Notes under the pieces: model-generated | Seen by the model: the letters and a program-made list of their open reading frames with translations, nothing else | Told to the model about the DNA's origin: nothing | Databases searched by the model: none | Shown: positions 46,343 through 58,500 of the stretch, piece after piece | Layout: each line of letters opens with the position of its first letter | How positions within the stretch are numbered: the first letter of the stretch is position 1 | Origin: Rhynchopus sp. YZ270_cl-10 | Lineage: Eukaryota | Direction of reading: 5' to 3' | Assembly: GCA_964035575.1 (NCBI GenBank) | Contig: OZ037837.1 | Coordinates: forward strand, 682,001-746,000 | DNA: 64,000 nt | Position numbers and translations under genes: made by a program

Positions 46343-47305
46343 CAGGGTATTAGGGTGGTTAAAAAAACTGGTTTTCAAAAAAAAAAAAGGGAAAACCTTT
46401 ATTCGGCTCACAAAAAGTAATTTTTCCATCATTCGGCTCACAAAAATAAATTTTTCCATCATTCTATCAAAGTTACTATAATTTTTCCATCATTCGGCTC
46501 ACAAAAGTTAATTTTTCACTTTTTCGAAGAAATTTTTACCGCTGGAAAAAAAAATTTGGGTGGTATTCCTTGAGGAAAAACGGGGTCATTTTTTTTGCAT
46601 TTTTCGAAAAAATTATATTTCCAGGGTCACAAATTGCACACTGTTTGCTAAACATGCAAAGACAAGTGGTCACTGGTGCCGAGTTTGACAGCTTGGATGA
46701 CGTGAAGGAGACGAACGTGGCAGGCCCTCCTTCATCCTCCACATTTTTCCTTCCTGCCATTTTTCCTTGTGTGCCGGTTCCTTATGTGTGCATGGAGGGT
46801 GTGTGCGGTGAACGACGGTGATGGTTGTCGCATCACCCAGCACGAGCGCACCTGCACCTCTGACGATCACCCTGTTGCCAACACAGGAATCGTCGGCGCC
46901 GTCGCCTCCCGGACCTGCGATAACGTGAGAAGTGTATCAAACTATGGTGCACATAGTGTGATTGTTGACATGCATGGCCTTCGCCGCAACAAGTCACATA
47001 CGAATTTTCCCTCCCACAACCTATAAAAACGGGCAAAAAATCCCACCCAAATTTTTTTTTCCAGCGGTAAAAATTTCTTCGAAAAAGTGAAAAAAAAAAC
47101 TTTGATAGAATGATGGAAAAATTAACTTTTGTGAGCCGAATGAAGGAAAAATTATAGTAACTTTGATAGAATGATGGAAAAATTACTTTTTGTGAGCCGA
47201 ATAAAGGTTTTCCCAAAAAAAAAAAAAAAACAGAGAAAGACCGACACTTTTCACCAGGCCTTTCTGTAAATGTCGTCCCCAGATTAGGGCGGACTCGATT
47301 TTTTT
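46343..47305. mobile_element. Partial hAT MITE copy (family of 462-1060) interrupted by a long-TIR element
   Basis: 46343-46388 plus 47215-47305 matches the reverse complement of ~920-1060. Confidence 0.85.
46389..47214. mobile_element. Long-TIR (~170 bp) MULE/foldback-like element with a GC-rich internal segment
   Basis: TIR starts GGGAAAACCTTTATTCGGCTCACAAAAAGTAATTTTTCCATCATT, mirrored at 47170-47214 and extending inward to ~46563 and ~47042. It sits in a poly-A run, so TSD length cannot be resolved. Confidence 0.8.
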
Positions 47306-47668
47306 GCAAAACCGCAAAATCTCACCTATTTTCAGAGTTAGGTGAGATTTTGCTGGGAAACACTGAGTACAGTATAAAAAAAAAAAGCTTTCAATTCGCT
47401 GTAGAAGAGAAAACGTTACACACAATACCCTAAACATTGCATCACATCCCCCAAATGGAACACCGCACTCCTGCTTTTCTTTTTGTGTTTCCCCACCCCC
47501 AAACCAATAAAGACAATTAAGATCCAAGAATAGAAAAGAAAAAAGGAGTTGGGGGGTTAAATTTCCCCGTTTCGCATTGCATACAATCAATAAAAAAACC
47601 CCCCCTAATTTATTTGCTTCTCTTCTCCCCCAAAACCTTTTCACTCTTTACTACTCACCCTCCCTAGA

Positions 47669-48142
47669 TCAGTTCCATTCCTGGATACGCTTTTGGTCGA
47701 GCCTGCAGTTGATCCAGGTACGATCCATCTCGGAGTCTAACTTTTTGACATAGAAATCGATCGCACTTTGGTTCCAATCGAAGACCTGCCACTCGAGACG
47801 GGTAGCTTGGAGGGCTTGGGCACGCTTGGCTACCGCGTCGAACAGTTTGTAGCCAATTCCTGCACGGCGGTGTTTCTCGGATATGTACAGATCCTCAAGG
47901 TAGATTGTCATGCCTTTCCAGGTGCTGTAGCGCTTGTAGAACAGCGCAAAGCCCACGACGGTGCCCTCCACCTCCGCCACAAAGGTCTCAAACAGATTCT
48001 TCTCGAAGCCGTCCGCCTCCAGCTGCTCCGGTGTGAGCACCGCCTCCTCCTCCGCGTTCTCGTAGATCGCAAGCTCTTTGATGAGCCCGACAACGGCGGC
48101 CATATCGGAACGCTCACCAGAGCGGACAGCGACCTCTGTCAT
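47669..48142 (-). CDS. GNAT N-acetyltransferase, diamine/thialysine acetyltransferase (SSAT-like) family
   Basis: 157 aa from ATG 48142. Motifs LIKELAIYE, DGF, VVGFALFYKRYSTWKG, YLEDLYI…RRAGIG, WQVFDWN…AIDFY. Confidence 0.92.
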   Translation of the reverse strand: MTEVAVRSGERSDMAAVVGLIKELAIYENAEEEAVLTPEQLEADGFEKNLFETFVAEVEGTVVGFALFYKRYSTWKGMTIYLEDLYISEKHRRAGIGYKLFDAVAKRAQALQATRLEWQVFDWNQSAIDFYVKKLDSEMDRTWINCRLDQKRIQEWN

Positions 48143-48865
48143 ATTGTCTTTTTTTGTGTTTGTCTGGCGAAGCGAGAGGGTGAGGTGGGGTAAAATTCGA
48201 GCGACAGCGATCGACGAGCGACAGGTCGTCTTCTCCTTAGACCCCATCAAATCATAAGGTGAAGAAGTCGGTCCAGAACGCCAACAGCAAGCCTGCTGTG
48301 AAGAAGGCCCCAACTCAGAAGCGTGGGGCTGCAGAGAAGCCCCACCCTGGCGGAGAAGCAGCGGGGACACGATTGAGTCCAGAAGAAGCTTCGCGAGTAT
48401 GTCAGCAGCGGGGGGAACATAAGTTCCCCGATATAGTCCGACCCAGGGACGGTTCGATGCTTTAGAGAAATATGACATCACCCACAGCAGAGAACTATGA
48501 AGTCTGATAAAAACGCTAATTATTTCGCTAAAAAAATACTTAATGGTGTTCAAAAAAACTTCAGAAAATGGTCAAAAAGGTTGCCCTCCCCCCTTCGAAA
48601 AAAAAGACAGCAGCGACGGCAACGAAAGAGACACGACGCAGTACTTCTTCGCTATCTCATGCCCCCCTCCTCCCCGCGGGGTTAAATTCTATACAAAAAA
48701 AAACTCCATTTTTCATCCAACATTGCCACAACGGCATTTTCATTTCCAAAATACCCAAATCCATCACCAGAGTGTCTCCACACACTGCCTCACATACACA
48801 CAACACCCCACTACAAGGCCACACACACACCCACATATAAGGCTACCCATTTCCTCCCACTTCCC

Positions 48866-49996
48866 TCACTCACTGAGCGCTCTGTTGAAGTCTGCCACTT
48901 CCTTTCTCGTGTGGACGTGCTTGGGCACCGCTCCAACTAACCTTTCTCTGAAGTGCGCAAGCACGATGGCGACGAACACTTCATTGGAAAGCGATGACTT
49001 ATGATGGGCACGGTCTTTGGGTGCCCCGTACCGCATATGCTTTGGCAGGACAGGGACACCTCGCTCGTAGACCCGAAGCAGCGGGCCTGTATCAAGCACG
49101 TTGTCTGCAGACCACACATAGCGTTCACAGAACGACTCCGACTCGGCCTTCTGCAACGCCCTGGCGAGCGCATGCATGCTGACACGAGGCAGCGTCTTCC
49201 GGTGGGTCCGCACATACGAGGTGTATTTCTGCTCCACTTCATAACGCTGCCCGCTGTACACCGCCACGACAACATCGCATTCCTCTGTCCCTGCAAACAA
49301 CGCATAGTAGTGCCCCGGACGTTCCTGCACCACCACTGCCACATCGACGTCGCTGTGCACCACCACCTCATGCCCGCGAGAGAGCTCCCTCCGCACCCTT
49401 CTGTACTCATTGGTGCTGTGCAGGCGAGGCTTCTTCCCCGCAAAGATGTCTGGCAGGTGACACAACACTGCGCCCTCCAGCTTCGCACCCTCAACGTCGG
49501 TACCTTTGAATGGCTTTGACGAGTAGACGTCACGCTCCATTGTGTTGAGCATGCAGCAGAGCTTCAACGCATCATCGAAGAGAGGAGAAGTGAGTGCATG
49601 GTGTGCGTAGTGTCGGAAGTCTCCTATGTTGGAAGCAGCGCTGATGAGTGCAGAGTGGGTGAGGGCAGGGGTGGGGTGGAGTGCAGACCAGACAGAAAGT
49701 GCGCTGTCGATGTCGTAATGGTCTGCGGTGACTGTGCTCAAGGCAGTGCTCTCTGTCGCGCCGTCTTGAAGCCACGCCAGCACACCATCTGCAGACGAAT
49801 CCACCCGATGCCTGCACAACATCTCCTCCTCCAACTGCGGCACCCCCGACCACACATGGTGTGACACAACCAACCCAGGTACAACATCCCCCGCACGGCG
49901 TTGTAGCGAATCCACTACCAATGTAGTAGCCGCGCCGTCACAACGTCCTTTGAAAGGCCATGGAACGAAACGCAGTCGTGGGAGCAGCCCTTTCAT
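48866..49996 (-). CDS. DHH-phosphoesterase-like hypothetical protein (resembles DUF6687-type proteins)
   Basis: 376 aa from ATG 49996, intronless. Motifs VVD…VSHH, DSSAD, TADHYDIDSALSVW, IGDF. The family call is from recalled motifs only. Confidence 0.6.
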   Translation of the reverse strand: MKGLLPRLRFVPWPFKGRCDGAATTLVVDSLQRRAGDVVPGLVVSHHVWSGVPQLEEEMLCRHRVDSSADGVLAWLQDGATESTALSTVTADHYDIDSALSVWSALHPTPALTHSALISAASNIGDFRHYAHHALTSPLFDDALKLCCMLNTMERDVYSSKPFKGTDVEGAKLEGAVLCHLPDIFAGKKPRLHSTNEYRRVRRELSRGHEVVVHSDVDVAVVVQERPGHYYALFAGTEECDVVVAVYSGQRYEVEQKYTSYVRTHRKTLPRVSMHALARALQKAESESFCERYVWSADNVLDTGPLLRVYERGVPVLPKHMRYGAPKDRAHHKSSLSNEVFVAIVLAHFRERLVGAVPKHVHTRKEVADFNRALSE

Positions 49997-50877
49997 TAGG
50001 TGTATCGGTCTTCCCTGCAAAGAGGAGGGGGGATAGAGGAATCAACTCTTAACGTACACTCTCTGTTGATTCCGGAGGAGGGTAAAAAAAAAGCGCGGTA
50101 AATTGGGGAAGAGGTTTGAAAAGTTGGAACGCTTCCTCACCCCCCCAGATCACACACTCTTCCCTGGAAGAGGAGGGGGTAGAGGAATCGGTGAAAATGA
50201 ATTTCTTTTAACTGCACTCCCTATCCAAAGGGGATGTCTAGCTTAGGACAAACCCGGAAGAGGGGGTAGGGAGGGGGAGAAGAAACGTTGAAGAAAGGAA
50301 GAAAAAAAAAAACGGATGCGGGTTTTCGTTATTTTACAGTCTCTCTCTCATAGAAGAAGTGAAGGCGTGTAGGTATGTAGCAACGTTCACTAAATACACC
50401 AGAATATTCACATAAAAAGAAAGCCCATCCTGGGGTGTCTAGACTAACACAGTTGTTAGAGAGTAGAGACAAACGTGGGTAAGCTGAACCTCTGTGTTTA
50501 GTCCTAGAGAGATCGTCCGAAAGAGAAGCAAAAGATGCAAGAAAGAACACCTCCTCCCCCTCCCCTCCCCTCTTAGTGTGTGTGAGGGGTTGTGGATGTG
50601 TACCACAGTAGCATGCTGTGTAGCACAATTTCGCAAACCCGCAAATTTATCGTCCCTTTTTCCCGCACCTATGAGATGTACAGATAAAAGGAGGACCCAA
50701 CACCATCGCAAAACACCCCTCCCCCCCTCCTTTTCCCGTTACAATACGACGGAACCTAGTGACAAGTGAAACACATGTCATGACAAGTGTTCACTTGTCA
50801 CCTTTTTCACTTGGCACCTATCACTGGGTCCCGTCGTGTAACCAGCAACAGTACTCATAATTCAACTCCTCTCTTTT

Positions 50878-52701
50878 TCACGTCTTGCGGGAGATGTGTT
50901 CGTACCTTTTGGAGCGTGGGTTGTAGATTGTGACCTTTTTGTCGGCTATCAGGTTGTGCAACGCAGTGTCCCACCTGGCAGCCAGGGCACGAAACTCTAC
51001 TAGCGACGCGTCCGTGCCTTTGGAGAACCCGCCGTTACGTTCAATAGCGTCCTCTGGTGGGAGGGCGCCGTGGAGGTTGCCGGGGGCGCAGGCTTGGCGG
51101 GCTTGTTTGTAGCGGGCCTGCGCGGTGCATTCGTTGGTTTGGATCCAGTCGCGGGCGTGTTTACACTTAGGGGGCATAGGGGAGTAGCCAAAGGTGGTCT
51201 CGAGGTAGCCCATGGTGGCTTCTGAGGAAAGGTTCGCACGGTCTTCGTATCGTATGACGCGGAACTGTGATGCGTCGAAATGGTGGAGCCAGTAGGCCAA
51301 ACCAAGCGCCGTGAAGCTGAAGCTCAGATAGTGTGCCTGGTCGCCCTGCCTGTCGTCGTACATACATTCTCGCAGGGCCTTCTGGACATCCAAAACATTT
51401 TTTAGAAGTCGTTCTGGGTGTTCCAGCATCACCCGGCAGATGGCCTTCTGTGTGAGATGGTTTCGTTCAAAATGGAGTTGCTGAGAAAAGTCTTTTTGCT
51501 TTTCTGCGCCCCAACCCCAATCGACGCGCATGATGGTGAAGAGCAGGAAGTGAGAATACGCGCGGTCGACTGCGTCACGCCAGACGACGACGAAGACGGG
51601 AGACGTCTTGCGGTCGTGGAAGTCGGCTGCGACAGCGTCTGCGGCCTCGGGGATCATAAGCTGGTCGGGTGTTGCGTCCTGGAGGACCCAGGCGTGCGAG
51701 CCCTCCTGGATGGGAGGGTAGCGTCGCCTCTGGAGCCATCCGCGGCCTGTGCCGGCATACCGTCCCGCCTCGGGGTACGTCCACCACTCAAGGGGGGCGT
51801 CGAAGTAGCGGTACCCTGTGCGGTTCCAGAGCATGAAGTTGTGGACTGCAGGTGACTCACCGATGATAGGTTCGCCCAAGGGAGTGTAGTTGAAGGGATG
51901 CAATTCCTGTGGGGGAGGAGGGGAGAAGGGGAGGTAGATGAGAATGGCAATAGAGATGCAACGAACAGTTTTGTTCGTTTTTGAAAACGAAGGTGTTAAT
52001 TGCTTGCAGAGTGTTGTAGGGAGTTACTCTTAAAGGGAAACTGTGCACACACACCTCGCCACAAAGGCCATTGAGAAGCTTAACAAGATTTACGCGTAAA
52101 TCCGAAGAAATACTACGCTATCTTCACAAAGGAAAAACAAAACAGGGGGGAGAGTTTGGTACGCTTCCACCAGAAAGGACAATACCTGCACCATCGGGTA
52201 CGGCCTGTAGGAAGCGTTGCCCCACATTGCTCTGCGTGCACAGTCAGCCAGACTGCCGACACCTGTACGCGGGGGGCCTAAGAAGAATGCTAGTGGTCTG
52301 TGTCGTGCTTCCCATGCGTCTGGCCAGTGGAGGTCGTGGGCAAGGGTCCATGCAGCACGGCCTAGGGGCAGGGCGGGGAGGGGAGGCAGCTTGAGGAAGG
52401 CGGGGGGGATGCGTGCACGGTTCCACGTCTCGAGCGCTGTGGCGTCGTACGGCATACTGTCGAGCGCCTGCTCCACGCGGCCCTCCTGCTCCAGCGCTGC
52501 ACGAAGCCCTGCGAGTGTTGTCCCTATATTTGCAACATCTGCCTGCAGCTCAGCCACTTCGCGTGTCTCCACAGCCAACCCCGCTACGCGTGCCCGCCGT
52601 GCACGACCCAAATATAAGAAGACAAGCGCTCCAACCAACATGACCACCGCCCACCCAACTTGCTTCAATAGCGCACATCCAGTAAGGGGTTTCCGTTTCA
52701 T
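50878..52701 (-). CDS. Type-II membrane (Golgi-type) PAPS-dependent sulfotransferase (~514 aa)
   Basis: join(52701..52186, 51906..50878). Phase-0 intron GTATTG…CCCACAG, in frame. N-terminal TM plus coiled stem. 5'-PSB-like FLGPPRTGVGSL, DATP, and 3'-PB-like RDAVDRAYSHF. Confidence 0.85.
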
Positions 52702-54769
52702 CTCATATGAGCAAAGGAGGGAACCTTTAAGGAGGGGAGTGGATGTCCTGATGTGGGTGTGATGTGGAGGGTTGCATGAAGGTGCTTGCGTCTATCTCTG
52801 TTCCTTTTTTCTTCAATCCTTCATCAGGAATAAGTCTGCAAATAGTTCAACCCCTTCAGTGATCTTGTAGGGTCCAGAACACCTCTCTTGCGGACGATTT
52901 GTGTTTTGTAAAATCAACGAACAAAATAAACCCCACTTTTTTTATCTCCCACTTTCCCTCCCAATCAGAACACACAATACCCAGAGCATCACCCTCCGAC
53001 TGGCCCACGCATGGTGCCAGCCCCGGATGCAAACACAAGACTGAAAAGAAGAAAAATGAGAGACATTCATTACTCCTTTTGTTGCTCTCTCGTGCTTAGT
53101 CACCTTGAAAAAAAAGGGGTTAGAAAAGGAGAACATTTGTGAATACAGGAGTCCAAAAAGCTTGGCGTCCAAATAAGTTTTGGCATCACCGCACAGCTTT
53201 TAAAAGCTTGTCTGTAGTGCAGGCAAGGGTGCCCACACGATATATCCTCCCTTTACTTGGCAATATGGCACACGTTGTGTGGGGTGAAGGGTCGCTGGCT
53301 GTGAGGGGCTAGGAACACAGTTACTTGGTTTATATTGTTTCACCCCCACCCCTCAACAAGAAATAGCTCCGGACGAGGTGAGGATTTGGGTTTCTCCATT
53401 TTTCTTTTCGAAAAACGTAAATACTACGGTCCAGCTATCTTCACCCACATAGGAAAAACGGGAAACGAAATAGGGGGAGAGGTTTGTTAGTTGTACGCTT
53501 CACACCAAACCAAAAATCCCTCCCGAGCGGATACCTGCAGAGTTGACAATCACCAAAGTACCCTAGCCTAGTAGGCTAGGGGTCCTTAGGGGGTCGGGTC
53601 TGTACTCAATGTTGGCAGGGAAAAAAAAATTTTTTTGTACGAATGACCTACGCAGTTTATCATCAAAAACAAAGCATTGGAAAAAGCGGGGTTTGAATGC
53701 AGATGGGAAAAACAAGGTGCTAGATATTGAATCAAACAAAAGTACACATAATGTTATGTGAAAATCTGTTACCTATTCAAAAGTGAAAGGTATTAACGCA
53801 GGCACCTCCGACTGACCCACCCGTACCATGCCAACCCCCAAAAGAAAAACACTAGATATCGAACCAAAACAAAACTTGAACATCGCCTATTTTTTTTTTG
53901 TCCGAAATTTGGTGATGTTTTGGTGTTAAAAGTGGTTTTAATACCTATACCAAACTCCACTAAACTCCGTTAAATTTCAGGCTTACAAATAGACGCACAA
54001 ATTGCACACAATCACTGAACTCATCAGAAAGAACGGAAGGGATGACAATCATCACAATAGAGGGAAGGTTAGGCAAGAGATCCTTCCCCCCCCCTGACAA
54101 TTCGTATTCATCAATGAAACACCACCCTCCAACCCCACCCATTAACCTAGGCTATATTTTATCTGAAAACTAAAGTCGTACTAGTGTGAGACATCCCGAG
54201 GATCTCCACTAGTTTTTTTTTGTGTGTGGAAGCGTCAACGCATCAAACAACTACAAGAAGGGGGGGGGAGTGAGGGAACGACACGTTAACATTTTTCCTG
54301 CCAAAACCCTTTTTTTTAAAAACAGACTTTTTGCAATACATTCCCACCCCAACTCTATCACCCATTTCTCACATGAAATATAACAACAACAGAGACTTTT
54401 TCTTTCCTTACTTCAAAAACTCTCTCTTTTTTAATTGATTTGGTTTTGGTTGAGACACATCAATGGTGTCGGTTCTGTGGAATCACTGAACCACCCATAT
54501 CCTGTATCACATCGTTGATTGTTCTTTCCCTGCGTTGACTGCAGGAAAGCTCGCGAAAAACTATCGCGACCAGGACGACAAAATAAACGTTTATCAGATG
54601 ACAAAGCCCAACGTGCTTTAGCCACCCTTTATATCACTACGTCACCACTTTCCAAGCATATTTTTGTCACATAAAAGAACCTGCCGTACACAACGGGGAA
54701 GTAGCTTTACAGTACATTTGAAGGTACACATAATGTTACGCGAAAAAAAATCCCGCCTCCGCTTGTTGC

Positions 54770-55594
54770 TCACTTCAGCTCCGTTTCGTGAACGGGAGAA
54801 CTTTCGAGGTGTGCATCTACGTGCATGGTGGCGTTTTTTACGGCACGTTTGGCGACTTTTTTGCCGACATAGCGTCCGGTTAGTCCTCCCACTGCTGCTA
54901 CTCCAACTACTGGGGCTAATGCGAGTCCGCCAACAGCGGCAACACCGCCCACGACGACGGCGGAGAAAAGCCCCACTGCAGACCCCGTTGCACCGTAGGA
55001 GTACTTCACACCGGCGCGGAGCTGCTCGATACCTTCGTCCGTCTGCCGTGCGCCGTCTTCAACGTTTTCTTCAACAGCGTCGACACCCGCGCTCTGCGCG
55101 TGGAGCATTGTGTTTAAGTGTTCGTTTATGGCCGCAATGTCGCCCATATCGCTCTGTACCTGAAGCATGTCGTCGCGCACGGCCCTGGCCCCAGCCTCGT
55201 CGCCGCCAAGGACGTCGTGTTCAGTGGTGTGCAACTCACGTTCTATTTCGGTGCGTTCAAGAAGCTGCTCTTTGGCGCGTTGTTCTGCATCTCGTTCTTT
55301 GGTGGTGAGTCTGGCGTGCCATGTGTCGAAGCTGGGGATATGGCGCGAGAGTGCGCGGAGCAGGCGGCTGTCGTCTGTTGTGAAGGCCGCGTTGTCGTCC
55401 TCCTGCTCGTACATGGCCAGCACTTCGCGTACGTGCCGTAGCGTTGCCTTCAAGACACGTGCCCGGTCTGCGTCCAGCTCCCCTTGACTGGAGGCAGCGC
55501 TCCTAATGTGCTCCAAGGCTGTGCGCACATCTGCCAGTACACTCGCAACATCACGTCCTGCTGTGTTCGCAAGGAGGCTTTCGGTGGGTGCCAT
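54770..55594 (-). CDS. Qa-SNARE, syntaxin-17-like (274 aa)
   Basis: From ATG 55594. SNARE motif MLQVQSDMGDIAAINEHLNTMLHAQSAGVDAVEENVEDG…EGIEQLRAG. Then a long Gly-rich double hydrophobic segment and a basic tail (GKKVAKR). Confidence 0.75.
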   Translation of the reverse strand: MAPTESLLANTAGRDVASVLADVRTALEHIRSAASSQGELDADRARVLKATLRHVREVLAMYEQEDDNAAFTTDDSRLLRALSRHIPSFDTWHARLTTKERDAEQRAKEQLLERTEIERELHTTEHDVLGGDEAGARAVRDDMLQVQSDMGDIAAINEHLNTMLHAQSAGVDAVEENVEDGARQTDEGIEQLRAGVKYSYGATGSAVGLFSAVVVGGVAAVGGLALAPVVGVAAVGGLTGRYVGKKVAKRAVKNATMHVDAHLESSPVHETELK

Positions 55595-58500
55595 AGTGGA
55601 GAGGGTGTATGTTGTATGTCTGTAAAGGTTTATGAATAGTAGGTACCAACGGAGTACATAGTTGATGCAGTCAGGACCTCCGACTGACTCACGATGCGAG
55701 TCATCCGGATGAAAGTATAAGGCCCTAAGGCTAAGAAGGTGTGAAATGGAGGCCTCATGGCTTATCTGTACCGCAGTGTGTGAACGGGGGCGGCGCGCAG
55801 CCGCCACCTTCCCCTTTGCGCTGACCTTCCGAGAGATGCTGATCAATGGCAAGCACGGCATCATAACAAAAAGGGGGTTTATGTAGAAAGGCGAACCCAC
55901 CTTTGCATGTACGGTGATAGAAAAGTAAGGGGGGCTGGGGGTGCCAGGGGGAACACGTAAATAATGAGTGCTAAACCGAATAATGGGAGAAGGGTGGACT
56001 CGACTCAACGGTCCTATCACGACGGACTAATCAAGGGGACCAGAGTAGTGCTAGACTGGTGTGTTACTGGTGTAACACTAGTCGTAAAAACACTAGCCAT
56101 TTGGACTAGTAGCATAACTAGTGGTCCTTTTGACTCATCTGCCGTAATCAAGTAGTCGTGGGAGGCTCAACAACTGCAACAACCATCTTCTGCCCAGTTA
56201 GGGCCTTTGTTGGATGCGTTGCTGCTGCCCTTAAAGAAGCCTGCCACGTTTGATGAAAAGTTTTATTTCCCAACCCAACAATGATAAAGCGTGAAGACAA
56301 TAAATAGCAAATAATAATGAATCTAAGGTCTTGTGAGGCATCAACGAGTGTGCCGGCTCTTTGGCGTCACGGAGCCACCAACACTCCCTGCGCCTGCAGG
56401 AAAACTCGCGTACGTGACTAAGGGAGTGCAATATTTTTGCAAGGAACGCATAAAAAAACAAAAAAACAGAATCTGCAAACACGTTTCTGCTTGCAGCAGT
56501 GGTTTCGCACAAAACAAAGTGAAGTTATTAATGCAGGCACCTCCGACTGACCCACGTACGATGCCAGCCATCCGGATGAAAGCACAAGTACCCTGCGGCC
56601 AACAACAGAAGATATAAAGAGGAAACCTAATGACTGGCCCGTACCGTAAGAGAACGAGGGCGGTTCACATGCTTGGTACACGATAGTCTACACAAGAGAG
56701 CAGAAACCCAAAAACACAAAAAGGGGTGGGCGGGGGGGGTCACAACATCTCTCTCTTGGCGCCCCATGCTGTACCGACAGTTGGGCCTCACCCTTTCTCT
56801 TAGGGATATACATGGACGTCCTTACAGGCAGCACACCGTAACCCAAAGGCGTGGCATCCGCAGAGCGACTCTGGCCTGACCGCTGGCCAGTTATGCTCCG
56901 GGTGCGAGCACCCATCATAGCATAGGGGGGCCAGCCTGACCCAGCATTTATATACCCTGCCAGGGTGAACTTGCATAAAAGAGGGTAGGGGCGTTTAGAC
57001 CCTGAAGTCCCGCATACCCCAACAGAAAGACAAAGGCTATGCACTGGTGATATAGGAGAGGCAGGGTTGCTGAAAAACAAAAAGACCCTGAAGGCACAAA
57101 AACGCCCCGCATACCCCTCCTCGCCTCCTGTTTTGTAATCTCTCAGGTAGGAGACATCGGTTCGAGCGGTCAACACCTTCATAGAGTTTCTGGAGGAATG
57201 GACCCCCGGATGCAATTTAAGGTCCAGCCCAGGACCAAAAAAAAAAGTTGCGTACCGTGCGCCTGCGGCGCAAGCATGTACCCCACCAACGTGGACCATC
57301 AACAGAACATTTTCAAAATCGGAAATCCTAGCGGAGAGCCTGATCCACATAGATAAAGAAAACAAAAACACGACACGACAGCAAGAAAGGAAGTAAAAAT
57401 TATTTTTTTAAAAAAGACTGCACGGTAAACAGACGTAACTCACTCCATCTCTTCCTCCACGTAGTCGTACGCGTCACATCCTTCAACCAGAGTTGAAGCA
57501 TCCTGCTCGCAGTGCTGCTGTCCGTTGTACTCCACCACAGACCTGCGTCGCCCTGCAAACAGCACTCCTGCCAGCACCACAACCAGAAGTGCACCAGAAC
57601 CAGCCAGCAGCCAAACGTAGGTGGGGATACCAGAGCCCGTCCCCTCACTTCCAAACCTGTGTCGGTAGTGTTGTGTAGGGCATAAGGATCATTCCGCAAA
57701 AAAGTGTGCTTTATTGTCTCTGTTAGACCCCTGTGTGCAAAAGTGGCAAAAGGTTCACAACCCTCTGGTTGTTGTATTTCCTCTTCCTCGACACGATGTG
57801 TTTTACTACAAAAGATGTTAAAGCGCACAGATCTGTGTTTTGCATCTTGGCATTGTTCTGAAGTGGGAGAGAGACACATACCCGACTTCGACAGGCGCCG
57901 CTGTTGGTGCAACTGTCGGTGGTGTTTCTGTTGCTGGTGTTGCAGTGTCAGGCGTCGGTGTTGTCGGTGCAACTGTTTGCGGTGTGGGCGTTACTGGTGC
58001 AGCTGTGTCAGGTGCTGATGTGGCAGGCACAGCGGTGACAGGTGTCTGTGTTGGTGGTGCAACTGTGTGAATATCTATTGACGGGACAACTGCGGTTGGT
58101 GGTGCAACTGTTTGCGGTGCGGGCGTTGCTGGTGCAGCTGTGTCAGGTGCTGATGTGGCAGGCACAGCGGTGACAGGTGTCTGTGGTGCCTGTGTCGTGG
58201 CCCTGCATGTGCTGAAGCTAAAGTTCGCCACCACACCGTTGAAGGGCACATCAATAGGGAACGTGCTCGTGTAGATGTGGTTGTCGGTGCGTGTGTCAAG
58301 TACTGGGAGAGGACCTGAGGCAGCCACACGTTCAACACCATCGAAGAAGAGCTGTGCAAAGCCTGTGTCGTGTGACGTCGCCGTCACGACAAGCGTCACA
58401 TGCATGAAGACACCGCAGCACGTTCCCGGCACAGGGTCGATGAAGATGATGTGCTGCGCACCCTGCCACACATGGTACTCCCACTGGCCCTTGCCGTTGA

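Noticed and set aside
56688..57371. 227-aa minus-strand ORF; faint RNase H or retroelement-like words on the plus strand
   Set aside because: No convincing motif set, and the plus-strand frames have multiple stops. Too weak to call without a profile search.
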